Source of the DNA: Thermoplasmatota archaeon
Lineage (GTDB): Archaea; Thermoplasmatota; Penumbrarchaeia; Penumbrarchaeales; Penumbrarchaeaceae
Direction: 5' to 3'
NCBI GenBank assembly: GCA_965234725.1
Contig: CBDDUX010000032.1
Coordinates: 1 to 64,000 of the forward strand
Length of the DNA: 64,000 nucleotides
Below, piece by piece: positions 13,301-23,305 of this stretch (positions are counted from its first letter, which is position 1; each line of letters begins with the position of its first letter). A model generated the notes under the pieces. The model did not search any database, was not told where the DNA came from, and worked only from the letters and a program-made list of their open reading frames with translations. The position numbers were made by a program, and so were the translations under genes.

Positions 13301-14503
13301 ATGAAATCCATAATCAAGGGTGTCCTTGAACGCGAAGAGAAAAGAATAAAAGGAGAGCTGCCAGAACAGGCTCCGGAGAGGTCCTCACAGGGAGGATTCG
13401 CTTCCAGGCTCCAGAGGGAAGCCCCTGTGAAGACTACAGAGAGGGTTCCTGTCGATTCTATGCAGCAGGGGGCAAACCCGGAAGATGATGAACTTAGGAG
13501 GGTCCTGGCATCACTTAGGACAAATATCAAGATCGTAGGATGCGGCGGGGCGGGATGTAACACTATCAACAGGATAGTCGAAGAGGGGATCGTGGGGGCA
13601 GATATATTCGCTTTGAACACCGATGCCCAACATCTTCTTACCGTTCATGCACCTCATAAGATCCTTATAGGCCGCAGGTCCACAAGAGGACTTGGAGCAG
13701 GCTCTGTTCCCCAGATAGGCGGCGAGGCCGCAAGGGAAGCTGAGGATGAGATCAGGTCAGGTCTCATGAGTTCCGACATTGTCTTCATTACATGCGGTCT
13801 GGGAGGAGGTACTGGAACAGGTTCCGCTCCTGAAGTTGCAAGGATCGCAAAGGAGCTAGGAGCATTGACCATCGCCATCGTCACCCAGCCATTCACGGCC
13901 GAAGGTGTTGTCAGGATGCAGAATGCAGAATACGGCCTTGACAAGCTCCAGGAGAATACCGACACGGTCATAGTCATACCCAATGACAAACTCCTTGAGA
14001 TCGTGCCAAGACTTCCCCTTAACGCTGCTTTCAAGGTGGCGGACGAGATCCTGATGAGGTCAATAAAGGGGATCACGGAGATAATCACCAAGGTGGGTCT
14101 TGTTAACCTGGATTTCGCAGATCTGAAGACCATCATGAAGGGAGGCGGGGTCGCGATGATCGGCATAGGGGAGTCCGATGATGATGATCGGGCCATGAAA
14201 GCCATCAACGCAGCACTTGACTCACCACTTCTGGAGGTCGATATTCAGGATGCCACAGGAGCACTCATAAATGTTAGCGGAGGAGAGTCCATGACCGTCT
14301 CCGAAGCAGAACTTGTAGCTTCTGAGATACATAAGAGGGTCAATCCGATGGCCAGGATAATCTGGGGAGCCCAGATAGATCCGGAGCTCAGGGACACCAT
14401 CAGGGTTATGTTGGTCATAACCGGTGTCAAATCCAAGCAGATATTCGGAAAGTCCCTGAAGAAGTCGGGTGAGGCTCGCTTCGGTATAGATTTCATCAGG
14501 TGA
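13301..14503 (+). CDS. ftsZ: Cell division protein FtsZ (FtsZ1 type)
   Basis: [24 protein letters not shown] loops intact; C-terminal GIDFIR; ftsZ-secE-spt5 synteny. Confidence 0.97.
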   Translation: MKSIIKGVLEREEKRIKGELPEQAPERSSQGGFASRLQREAPVKTTERVPVDSMQQGANPEDDELRRVLASLRTNIKIVGCGGAGCNTINRIVEEGIVGADIFALNTDAQHLLTVHAPHKILIGRRSTRGLGAGSVPQIGGEAAREAEDEIRSGLMSSDIVFITCGLGGGTGTGSAPEVARIAKELGALTIAIVTQPFTAEGVVRMQNAEYGLDKLQENTDTVIVIPNDKLLEIVPRLPLNAAFKVADEILMRSIKGITEIITKVGLVNLDFADLKTIMKGGGVAMIGIGESDDDDRAMKAINAALDSPLLEVDIQDATGALINVSGGESMTVSEAELVASEIHKRVNPMARIIWGAQIDPELRDTIRVMLVITGVKSKQIFGKSLKKSGEARFGIDFIR

Positions 14504-14510
14504 TCACAAA

Positions 14511-14774
14511 ATGGACCTTCTAAAGAAGACATGGACCTGGACCTGGGACAGGAGCCAGAAGGGACAGAGGTGGCTTGAGTTCAAGATAAAGACCACCGGA
14601 AAGGGCCGATACGGAAGGGTCCTGAAGATGGCCAGAAAGCCCACGAGCGAGGAGTACTCCAAAACCCTTATCATTACCGGAATAGGGGTCCTTCTAATCG
14701 GAGCGATCGGTTTTGGCATCGTTCTCCTTTGGGATTATTTTCCAGACTTCGTGAGTTGGGCTCTCGGGATATAA
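14511..14774 (+). CDS. secE: Protein translocase subunit SecE (Sec61 gamma)
   Basis: YGRVLKMARKPTSEEY followed by TM helix GIGVLLIGAIGFGI. Confidence 0.93.
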   Translation: MDLLKKTWTWTWDRSQKGQRWLEFKIKTTGKGRYGRVLKMARKPTSEEYSKTLIITGIGVLLIGAIGFGIVLLWDYFPDFVSWALGI

Positions 14775-14792
14775 TGATCGGTAGGTGATCCT

Positions 14793-15302
14793 TTGGTAGA
14801 TGATGAATCGGGGGGAGGCGAACTCGGTGAAGTGGAATTTCCACATACGATATTCGCGATAAAGACAGCTCTTGGCCACGAAAAGACCGTTGCAGAGAAC
14901 CTGGGGCAGAAGGCAAAGAGGAAGGGAGGCCATATCTATTGTATCATTGCTCCCCAAAAGCTCAGAGGTTATGTTCTCATAGAGGGAGTGAAGAACGAGA
15001 AGGCCATCGAGGAGATCCTGAAAGGAATGCAGTATGTCAGGGGCCTTGTCGGTGGAGATCATGATATCTCACTCAATGAGATAGAACATTACCTTGCTCC
15101 AAAGCCGATCGTGGCAGATATCACTGAAGGCGATATCGTTGAGATCATCAACGGTCCTTTCAAGGGAGAGAAGGCCAGGGTCAAGCAGATAGATACATCC
15201 AAGGAAGAGATCACAGTCGAACTCTTCGAGGCCATGGTATCCATACCTGTAACCATAAAGGGTGACTCAGTAAGGGTCCTTGAAAAGGAAGAGAACCAGT
15301 AG
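14793..15302 (+). CDS. spt5: Transcription elongation factor Spt5 (NusG)
   Basis: NGN domain (LRGYVLIE) plus KOW (GDIVEIINGPFKGEKARV). Confidence 0.96.
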   Translation: MVDDESGGGELGEVEFPHTIFAIKTALGHEKTVAENLGQKAKRKGGHIYCIIAPQKLRGYVLIEGVKNEKAIEEILKGMQYVRGLVGGDHDISLNEIEHYLAPKPIVADITEGDIVEIINGPFKGEKARVKQIDTSKEEITVELFEAMVSIPVTIKGDSVRVLEKEENQ

Positions 15303-15330
15303 ATATTTTCTGGTTCTCTTTTATTTTTTC
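15289..15330 (+). terminator. Hairpin plus T-tract terminator after spt5
   Basis: AAGAGAACCAG (15289-15299) pairs with CTGGTTCTCTT (15310-15320), followed by TTATTTTTT. Confidence 0.7.
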
Positions 15331-15388
15331 ATTCGAATAGACCTTCTGATATCTGGTAAAATTAATTACCGAGGATCACTCTACACTT

Positions 15389-17092
15389 TTGGGGTTGAAA
15401 TTGAAGAGGGAGATCCTTGTTATCCTATCGATTGTTATAGCGATATTCGGATCGATCGTATTAACTCATGAATCCGATGGTGTTGGGGGGATAGTAACCT
15501 TTGGTATTAAGATGACCATGGACTATCCCGGCTGGAATGCGTCCGATCCTGTGGATCTTTCCACAGGTTTCTATGGGTATGATGGGCAGAACGATCCCAT
15601 AGATCCTCGCTGGATAGAGATTCGTGGGGAGTACGAGATAACATCCAAGTATACTCATGTCCTACAGCAGATCCTGGTTACTCTTACGTCAAAAATGATA
15701 TCCGAGGAATTCGGAGACGTGGATGTTGAAATGTTCTTCGATCCTGATATAATGACATTTACAAACCTCATGCCAGGTGAGACCCAATCGCAGAATTTCA
15801 CACTCCATGTTCTTCTGGATCAGAGTGTTCCGGCTGAATACAATGAGATAGAGATAAGTGGATCATGGCAAAATCAACCGGGAATGATGGGTGGAGAGAT
15901 ACCCCTTACAACAAGGACACCGCTCCACGTCGCTCCTGTTGTTTCCGCTCATTTTAATTCCAACGATGATCATTTTGATCTTGAAAGTTATGGGGAAGCC
16001 ACCCAGACGAACCCGATCATCATCAATGGAAATGTATTCGATCCTTTGCTCGATATCAGGATCGATGGTGAAGAGAGAGCATTGGATAGGGGGATAGAGT
16101 TCACCCTTGAGATGGGAGAAGAAGTTGATGTTGGAAATTACCTTCTCAACTTCATGATCAAAGTAAGTGTCAATGACATCAAACTTGGCACTATCACAGA
16201 GGTGGATATTATCCTGGTCGATACTGAGTCTGGAAGAGAATTGGACATATACAATGTCGTTGTGGAGATCGTTCAGACCAAACAAACCCAAACAGATCCA
16301 TATGACGATGGTGATATTCCAACGAAACAACCCGTATCAGATGATGAAGTGGATAATGATGCCAACGATGTGCAACTCCTGGATTCCAGCTGCTGTGAGA
16401 GGCATTATGAGGACGATGTAGGTGATGATATCTTCATCCTTGGATCGATCTACAGCTACGAGTATGAGATAGGATCGAGGCCCCAGGTGGATGCAAGATC
16501 GATGAACGTCTGGAGGGAGAATGATGAACTCCATATCAAGGTCATGACCGGGGCTCAGGTGGAGGGTTGGACGGTGATGATGGTTTACATCCTCCCGGAT
16601 GATTCAAACAAACAGGGCAATATATACCAAGAAGACCTAGAGGATGCCACATTCCTTGAATATGAACCCAATAAGGTCCTTGCCTCCAATGATATCTATG
16701 CAAAGGGAGGATACTGGCCGGTTGAATTGGTGAGGAACGGAAACTCAATTTCAGCAGTAGGTTCGGTCTCGGATCTCATGGAATTTGGACTTGACGCGGA
16801 TTTCGAGGTCTTCGTGCAGCTCCTGGATCTGGATCCGGACCTCCTTATGATGGATGATATCTATGAACTGGAGATCGAGATGGTGGTTGATTACATCGGA
16901 TCAGGCGCGGGAGATGTCAAGGATAGTTCAACACCGGACCCTGACAAGCCTTCCTTGATGGTCGAACCGGATGATATCGGGGGTAATATCCTTAGGATCG
17001 GGATCGGAGCAGTAATCATTGGATTGATAGTGGCGGTGATTGTTTTTACCGTGGTGAAGGTTAGGAATAAGAAGAAGAAAAATAAGACCTGA
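15389..17092 (+). CDS. Exported acidic protein with C-terminal membrane anchor (cell-surface protein)
   Basis: N-terminal signal-like hydrophobic segment, D/E-rich beta-type body, C-terminal TM helix and KKKKNK tail. Confidence 0.75.
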   Translation: MGLKLKREILVILSIVIAIFGSIVLTHESDGVGGIVTFGIKMTMDYPGWNASDPVDLSTGFYGYDGQNDPIDPRWIEIRGEYEITSKYTHVLQQILVTLTSKMISEEFGDVDVEMFFDPDIMTFTNLMPGETQSQNFTLHVLLDQSVPAEYNEIEISGSWQNQPGMMGGEIPLTTRTPLHVAPVVSAHFNSNDDHFDLESYGEATQTNPIIINGNVFDPLLDIRIDGEERALDRGIEFTLEMGEEVDVGNYLLNFMIKVSVNDIKLGTITEVDIILVDTESGRELDIYNVVVEIVQTKQTQTDPYDDGDIPTKQPVSDDEVDNDANDVQLLDSSCCERHYEDDVGDDIFILGSIYSYEYEIGSRPQVDARSMNVWRENDELHIKVMTGAQVEGWTVMMVYILPDDSNKQGNIYQEDLEDATFLEYEPNKVLASNDIYAKGGYWPVELVRNGNSISAVGSVSDLMEFGLDADFEVFVQLLDLDPDLLMMDDIYELEIEMVVDYIGSGAGDVKDSSTPDPDKPSLMVEPDDIGGNILRIGIGAVIIGLIVAVIVFTVVKVRNKKKKNKT

Positions 17093-17108
17093 AACCGGAA
17101 CTTTTTCA

Positions 17109-20100
17109 TCATTCCTGGTCTTCGGACTTTTCCAATGGTACCTCATTATTTTTTCTTTTTAATAGAACAAAATAGGAGGTAACAGCTATTATGATAAGAA
17201 TGATAAGAATAATGGAGATAACTATGAAGGTATGATTGTTTTCGACCTTACCACCACCTTTGAACGGTGTATCGATCTCACCTTTCAGGGTGGTTCCGTT
17301 ATATGTTGCTGCAACCGAAATATTCCCTGATCCGGATGCAACCTTGTATTCCGTTACAGTATCGAAATCACCGGACCATTCAATAATACATTTGGATGTG
17401 ATATTTTTCGAATTCTGATCGAGGCACAGGACCTCGACGATCCTATTGTTTTCATCATAGGTCAGCTGGATCTCGGAAAGGACGGATATCTCGTAGAATG
17501 TAACATTGAAGGACCCTTCCAGGGTCCTACCGAAGTATTCGGTGGAGTAGAATATCTCATAGGTCCCGGTTCTGGAGCCATTCAGGATGAACCCGTTTTC
17601 GGATTCATGAATATCGATATCTTTATGTTTGTTGAATTGGAAATCACTCCATGGAACCGTCTTCCCCTCAGGGTCAAGTAAATGGATCTGAAATTCCTTT
17701 TCTGTATCGATGGGAACTTCGAGTGAATCCATCTCAACATAGGTGCTGGCTACAGGAATGACTATCTGGAAATTCATCCCGGAAACGATCTTGGTGCCGA
17801 ATTTCTCAACCGAGATGAATATCTCATCGTATCCGGCTTCCTCTGGTGTAACGATGAAACTGGTGTCATCCAATATCTCGATATCGGATCTGTTGGATGT
17901 GATCCTTAAAATATAATTTGTTACTAGATCATCCCTGTAATTGTAAACCATCAAGTCAACCCTGAAGGCCTCTCCTATCCTGGGATAGGTGGGATGATCA
18001 TCAAGAACAATATGATCGGGGATGGACCTGATAGAGATCTGAAACGATTGTTCGAATGATATCCCTTCCATGGTTGACAGTTTGAGGACAATTTCAGTAT
18101 CTCCTTCCTTGTCACCAATCACCGTGAGAACGTTTTCCTCTATCGAGATGGATGCGATGTCGGGATCCTTAATCTCCGGTGTTATGAAATAATCACCATT
18201 ATAGGGGCCACCGGAAGATGTCTGTATTTCTAGTTCATAATCCACCATCTTTTCTAACTCCTGGACTATTTCCCTATCTATCATCATTCTTCCGGGAGCC
18301 GGGGTTCCGTCGATTGTGATCGAAGCTGAGATGGATTCGTTGTAGTAGTTGACGGTTGCCTGGACGGTTATCATTCCTTCTTCTATAGCCCTGATGATTG
18401 CATCATCGTTCGAACTTTCAACGATCATTGCATTTTCACTGGTGGTCCAGGTGACATGATAACCTGAAATATCTTCATTTTCGTAGGTCCATATTCTGAG
18501 GTTCAGGTTCTGTTCCGTTCCGTTCATCATCTCTTCTTGAGCTGGTGTTATCCTTGCCCTTTCAAGAGTATATCCCGATATAATCGAGATATTTCCCAGG
18601 ATCGGTCCGAAACCAACGTCTGCTTTTGCAGTAATATTGATAATTCCCGAAGAATGGGGAATCACCGTCAGAGCACCGCTCACGATCGAATACCCACAGT
18701 CCCCTTCAACCTTCCATTCTATGAATCTATCATCTATCTGGAGGCGTTCACCTTCGAGTCCGAATCCGCGGAACATTATGTTGACAGGTCTTCCCACTCT
18801 AGGATCGGTTTCGGCAGTGATGAGGGATATGGAATGAAGGTTCGGATGGGATATGACCACAATGTTCGCCTCAACGGATCTGGTGTATTTCGTGGTCCCA
18901 ACGGTGAAGTTGAATGTCCCAACATCCGAGCATGTGATGTTGATGATCCCGTCCTTGTAGGGGTAGGCTTGTATTCCCTTTGATATTCCAAGTATCTCGT
19001 ATTCACAATCCGATGAGATATCCGTCCCGTTGATCGAGAAAACAGGAACGGTTATGTTTGTATCATAACCAGCCGGGACATGATGATCACTTGTATCGAA
19101 ATGATCCGGGATCATATCCGTTGGTATAACCTGGAACCTCGATACGGTATCCACATCTCTCTGATCTTCGTACCACGGGATGGTGACCTCTATATGGCTG
19201 TATGTCGAGTAGAATTCGTGGGGAATGGTGATGCTGATGCTGTTGTTGTAATCATTCTGAAGATAAAATGACCCGAGGTAGGATTTGTTTTCTTTAGTTG
19301 CAAGATAGAGGGGATATGTTCCGGATTGAAGATGCCTGCTCGTTCTCAGTGTAACATCGACATCTTCACCTCCGATCATATATGAATCGTATTCCGGATC
19401 TGTCAGTTCTATGAGCGATCCCAATCCTTCGGAATCGTGAATGGTATAAGGTCCTGATAATGTTGAATATTCCGAGAAATTGATCCTGAAATAGACATTG
19501 TTGGAAGGCATGTCAGGAATTATCAGGTCCGTCCACCACTGACCCGTCACGGTTTTCAGGTGAAAGAAAGGACCTTCCGGTCCCGTGTATGATATGCTCA
19601 GATTGAATTCGAGGTCCTTTGTCTGATTGCAGATCCTGTATGCATCCTTCATAGTCCAGGAAAATTCAGTTAGATACCCAGATCTGAAATGTGTGGAGGA
19701 TGGTGTTTTGATGAAGCTCATATTGTTTTGTTTTGAGATATTATTCTCCCAAAAATATACATCTTTTGAAGACCTCATTACAATATCTTTATCTCCATCC
19801 CTATCGAAATCCTCGAACACAGGTTCTTGGAAAGTCCTGTTTATCAAATTCAATTGGTTGACAGTATTCCAAGAAAAATTACCCATTCCGAAAGATATGT
19901 TTACCTCTGTGATAAGCGTATTATCTTGTAGATAATTTTTATCAACGGTAAGAATATCCTGAAAACCATCAAGATCAATATCTTCTATTGTGAAGTATGA
20001 GAAGTCCGAATGGAAGTTGGGAAAGGATCTTACGTTCCATTTCTTTCCATCAATATTCTCGTAGATCCATCCTTCATCTTGACCCAGGATTCCGTAATCA

Positions 20101-20963
20101 AGGTCCCCGTCATTGTCGAGGTCTCCCAGGTCAATAAATAGGATTTCCGTTCCACGTGGGAACTCCTTTGAAGAGTCAGTCCAGGTTCCATTACCATTAT
20201 TTTTCCAGTTGAAATATCTTGCTCCAGATGGAGTCCCAAAACCACCACTGGATTTCATTGCAGTACAGATATCTGGTAATCCATCACAATTTGTATCTCC
20301 AACTTTTACTTGATTTGTGAACATGTTTGGAAGTGTCTGATCCTTTATTTTATCGGGGATTCCAATATCCCAATCAACATTGAAAACTCCATCTCCTAGA
20401 TTCTGGTATACTTGAACGTATGCTGATGTATACCCAAAAATCACATCATAATCTCCATCACCATCAATATCTTCAATAATAAGATTTGAAAAACCGTAAT
20501 TTGTATCATAAACAGTTGTTTTTACAACTGTGCCATCATAATGCATTTCTGATATGGCTAAATCATTGTTAATATGATGAAGAAAATCAGGAATTTTGTC
20601 ACCTGTCAGGTTTATATATGCTTCTATATAAGGTAAATTATTAATCTTAGATTTATTCCATTCATTCGATTCATTCAATTGAATGTGAAAAACTCCCTTT
20701 GGTTCCTCATTGTATTTACCGTCAAAATGGATGATATCAGGAAATCCATTATTATCATAATCGTGAACTATAAAACTATCTGCAAACATATCATTAATTA
20801 AACATGGTTCTTTGAAAATTGAACTTGAATTAGAAATCGGAAATAATCCATTGTTTACATCAGTATTATTATTTAAAGTTGGGAAAGAATTATATGATGA
20901 TAAATTACAGAAAGAATATATGAAGAGTAATGTTACCGCAATTTGAAGTATATTTTTATTCAT
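17109..20963 (-). CDS. FG-GAP/VCBS-repeat cell-surface protein with Ig-like stalk and C-terminal TM anchor
   Basis: Signal peptide; repeated DxDxDGxxD motifs (DYDNNGFPD, DIDGDGDYD, DLDNDGDLD, DIDLDGFQD, DFDRDGDKD); TM helix plus KRK tail. Confidence 0.85.
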   Translation of the reverse strand: MNKNILQIAVTLLFIYSFCNLSSYNSFPTLNNNTDVNNGLFPISNSSSIFKEPCLINDMFADSFIVHDYDNNGFPDIIHFDGKYNEEPKGVFHIQLNESNEWNKSKINNLPYIEAYINLTGDKIPDFLHHINNDLAISEMHYDGTVVKTTVYDTNYGFSNLIIEDIDGDGDYDVIFGYTSAYVQVYQNLGDGVFNVDWDIGIPDKIKDQTLPNMFTNQVKVGDTNCDGLPDICTAMKSSGGFGTPSGARYFNWKNNGNGTWTDSSKEFPRGTEILFIDLGDLDNDGDLDYGILGQDEGWIYENIDGKKWNVRSFPNFHSDFSYFTIEDIDLDGFQDILTVDKNYLQDNTLITEVNISFGMGNFSWNTVNQLNLINRTFQEPVFEDFDRDGDKDIVMRSSKDVYFWENNISKQNNMSFIKTPSSTHFRSGYLTEFSWTMKDAYRICNQTKDLEFNLSISYTGPEGPFFHLKTVTGQWWTDLIIPDMPSNNVYFRINFSEYSTLSGPYTIHDSEGLGSLIELTDPEYDSYMIGGEDVDVTLRTSRHLQSGTYPLYLATKENKSYLGSFYLQNDYNNSISITIPHEFYSTYSHIEVTIPWYEDQRDVDTVSRFQVIPTDMIPDHFDTSDHHVPAGYDTNITVPVFSINGTDISSDCEYEILGISKGIQAYPYKDGIINITCSDVGTFNFTVGTTKYTRSVEANIVVISHPNLHSISLITAETDPRVGRPVNIMFRGFGLEGERLQIDDRFIEWKVEGDCGYSIVSGALTVIPHSSGIINITAKADVGFGPILGNISIISGYTLERARITPAQEEMMNGTEQNLNLRIWTYENEDISGYHVTWTTSENAMIVESSNDDAIIRAIEEGMITVQATVNYYNESISASITIDGTPAPGRMMIDREIVQELEKMVDYELEIQTSSGGPYNGDYFITPEIKDPDIASISIEENVLTVIGDKEGDTEIVLKLSTMEGISFEQSFQISIRSIPDHIVLDDHPTYPRIGEAFRVDLMVYNYRDDLVTNYILRITSNRSDIEILDDTSFIVTPEEAGYDEIFISVEKFGTKIVSGMNFQIVIPVASTYVEMDSLEVPIDTEKEFQIHLLDPEGKTVPWSDFQFNKHKDIDIHESENGFILNGSRTGTYEIFYSTEYFGRTLEGSFNVTFYEISVLSEIQLTYDENNRIVEVLCLDQNSKNITSKCIIEWSGDFDTVTEYKVASGSGNISVAATYNGTTLKGEIDTPFKGGGKVENNHTFIVISIILIILIIIAVTSYFVLLKRKNNEVPLEKSEDQE

Positions 20964-21120
20964 AAATTTCCCTTCAGTTACTTTGTTTTTATTAGAGGAT
21001 ACATTATAATAATATTATGGGTTTATGTGTTTGACCGAATAGAAACAAGGATACGATTATCAATGCTCCTATTGATCCTATCAATCCAATTCTTCTTTTT
21101 GATTTCATTTCTTTTCCCTC

Positions 21121-21816
21121 CTATCCCGTGTATGAAATGGGACTTTGATCCTCGAATCTGAGGGTGTAGCACTCCTTCATGAAAGCCTCGTGATAGCTGA
21201 TCTCTCCGTCGTAATCTGTATCCGTTGTGGGATCGTTCAATCCTCTCGTGATGTTGAAGAGGTCCTGATCGAATTCTTGATTGTATCTCATGGAACAGAA
21301 AATGTCTCGAGAAGAAGACGACAGAACAGGTCCTGCAAGGGCTGATCTGTTTCCATTCAGGATCATTGTGAGGTCCTGATATTGGGTTGAATCGAGCCAA
21401 CCATCTATCGTATTGGCTGATACGTTGCCATCCGAGAATTGAAAGTTAACAATTCCTGAAATGAGTTTTTCATGGTCCTGGATATAGATCACGGGCTGAC
21501 TCGAAGGTTGTGAAGTGTTTTCCAGCCATGAGAAGGCTACCTGGATGTTGGAAACTGTCGGATCATCATCGCATCCGGTCCTACCATCTTCAGTGAGGAA
21601 ATAGATATCCTCGTCGGTGTAATCCTGATCCAGCAGGTATTGGTAGAATTGATCTGCCTTCTCCAATTCATAGGTATCGAATCCGTCGAGGTCCGATACG
21701 ATTATGATCGCGCATCTTGGCATTGTTGTGATCCCTTCGGTCCTTTCCGCAATCATTACAGAAAGTAAGATAGCACCGATAAGGGGAATTATTCCGTAAA
21801 TGGTTCTCATCTTCAT
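21121..21816 (-). CDS. Secreted caspase/legumain (clan CD)-fold protein, probably catalytically inactive
   Basis: Signal peptide; YTDEDIYFL..PTVSNIQVAFSWL, VIYIQDH, IDGWLD and EF-hand-like DTDYDGEISYHEAF, typical of C13/C14-like proteins; no catalytic Cys. Confidence 0.6.
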   Translation of the reverse strand: MKMRTIYGIIPLIGAILLSVMIAERTEGITTMPRCAIIIVSDLDGFDTYELEKADQFYQYLLDQDYTDEDIYFLTEDGRTGCDDDPTVSNIQVAFSWLENTSQPSSQPVIYIQDHEKLISGIVNFQFSDGNVSANTIDGWLDSTQYQDLTMILNGNRSALAGPVLSSSSRDIFCSMRYNQEFDQDLFNITRGLNDPTTDTDYDGEISYHEAFMKECYTLRFEDQSPISYTG

Positions 21817-21901
21817 CGAAACCAAAAATATCGGAATGGAGCATATAAGGATTTCCCGACTAGCGGATTTTTTGAGGGGGGGGTTTTTAAGGAAAGTGCC
21901 A

Positions 21902-23263
21902 TCAGAGGAATCCCTTCGCCCTCATCCGCCCCTCGAATACCTTCTTCCTTTCCTCCCTTTTTCTCTTGTATGTGAGAGGAAAGGACATGGCTTTATTGTA
22001 GTATTTCAGGGCCTTCTCCTTTTCTTCTTTCTCGACATATACAAGGGATCTGTTGAAATCCACCCCTGAGAGACCTTCAAGGTCTCCGGATGATTCGAGA
22101 ATCTTTCTTGCATTCCTGAGTAGCTCCTCTGCCTTGTAGAATCGCTTGTCCAGTGCATAAACATCTGCAAGATTGATGGAAATAATGGAGACTAAGTAGG
22201 GAAGATCAATTCTGCTTGATATCTTCAGAGCTTCCTCCCAGAGATCCGTCGCTATCTTGACCTTGCCGTTCCTGAAGTATTGAACTCCCAGATTATTGAG
22301 TATTGTGACCCTTATCAGCGGATGATCGCTCTCCTGAAAAACGCCGAGACAGGACTTGTACAAATCAGATGCCTCCTCAAACCTTTCCAGGTCCTGCAGG
22401 ATATCCGCCTTGACCTTGTTCAGAAATCCCTTCTCAACCGGATTGGTGATGGATATCCTCATCTTTTCCAGAAGTTCAATACCTTCGACTTCCCTGTTCA
22501 TGTATGCAATGCACTGGATAAGACCTGTCAAACACAATATCCATCTGTTGGATTCAAGGCAAGTGCTTCTTTTGAGCAGACCGTTATAGATGCATATGGC
22601 CTCTTCCTCTGATCCTTTTCTTCGAAGGATCTCCGCTTCGAGTATTAACTGGTCTACATCCGAACCAGACAAAACCTCATCTATATTTTGATAAGAAAAA
22701 ACCGAACGGTATATGCTCGAGGATCTGAGCATACCCTCGAGTGTTCCGATATCGCTATCACCATTTATTGAGAGGACCTCTTGAATATACTTGGAAAGTC
22801 TTGAATCCGGTCTCTGGTCCTTTATAGCCTCAAGAATGAACGTCGCATCTTTCTGTTTTCTGAAAAGAAATCTTTCCAGAAATTCAAGTTTTTCATATGG
22901 ATCATTGAGATGATCCAGGACGGTTTGAAGGGATACTTTCCTGGAAAGACCGCTGGATTCCGGATCAAGAACGGTCTCTGATATGATCGCATTGATCCGA
23001 TCCAATAGTTCAATACCGGAAGAGGTGATCTGGAATGAGACTATTCTCTCAATTTCATTTTTATTGGATCTAATCAAATTCTTTTGTTTTATTTCCCTCA
23101 GATTCTTATCCAGGGTGGTTTTCTCGATCTTCATTATTCTTGCAATCCTATCTCTATCCGGTACTTCTCCCAGGTCGATTATCGAATTCAAAGTAAATAT
23201 CAGCAGGTGAGTTCTTGTCAGATCATTTGTCAATACAATCCGCTCGATATTTGAATGATCCAA
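21902..23263 (-). CDS. Winged-helix plus TPR-repeat protein (probable transcriptional regulator)
   Basis: N-terminal wHTH (IARIMKIEKTTLDKNL...FQITSSG); C-terminal TPRs (ILNNLGVQYF, INLADVY). Confidence 0.75.
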   Translation of the reverse strand: MDHSNIERIVLTNDLTRTHLLIFTLNSIIDLGEVPDRDRIARIMKIEKTTLDKNLREIKQKNLIRSNKNEIERIVSFQITSSGIELLDRINAIISETVLDPESSGLSRKVSLQTVLDHLNDPYEKLEFLERFLFRKQKDATFILEAIKDQRPDSRLSKYIQEVLSINGDSDIGTLEGMLRSSSIYRSVFSYQNIDEVLSGSDVDQLILEAEILRRKGSEEEAICIYNGLLKRSTCLESNRWILCLTGLIQCIAYMNREVEGIELLEKMRISITNPVEKGFLNKVKADILQDLERFEEASDLYKSCLGVFQESDHPLIRVTILNNLGVQYFRNGKVKIATDLWEEALKISSRIDLPYLVSIISINLADVYALDKRFYKAEELLRNARKILESSGDLEGLSGVDFNRSLVYVEKEEKEKALKYYNKAMSFPLTYKRKREERKKVFEGRMRAKGFL

Positions 23264-23305
23264 TTAAATATTAAACTTATTATTATTTGTGTGGAGAGAA
23301 TATTA

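Noticed and set aside
13301-13500. Long N-terminal tail of FtsZ1
   Set aside because: An amphipathic helix plus disordered linker is usual for archaeal FtsZ1
21876-21883. G8 tract upstream of the caspase-fold gene as a phase-variation switch
   Set aside because: Short, intergenic and outside the TATA-to-start spacing; no evidence of length variation
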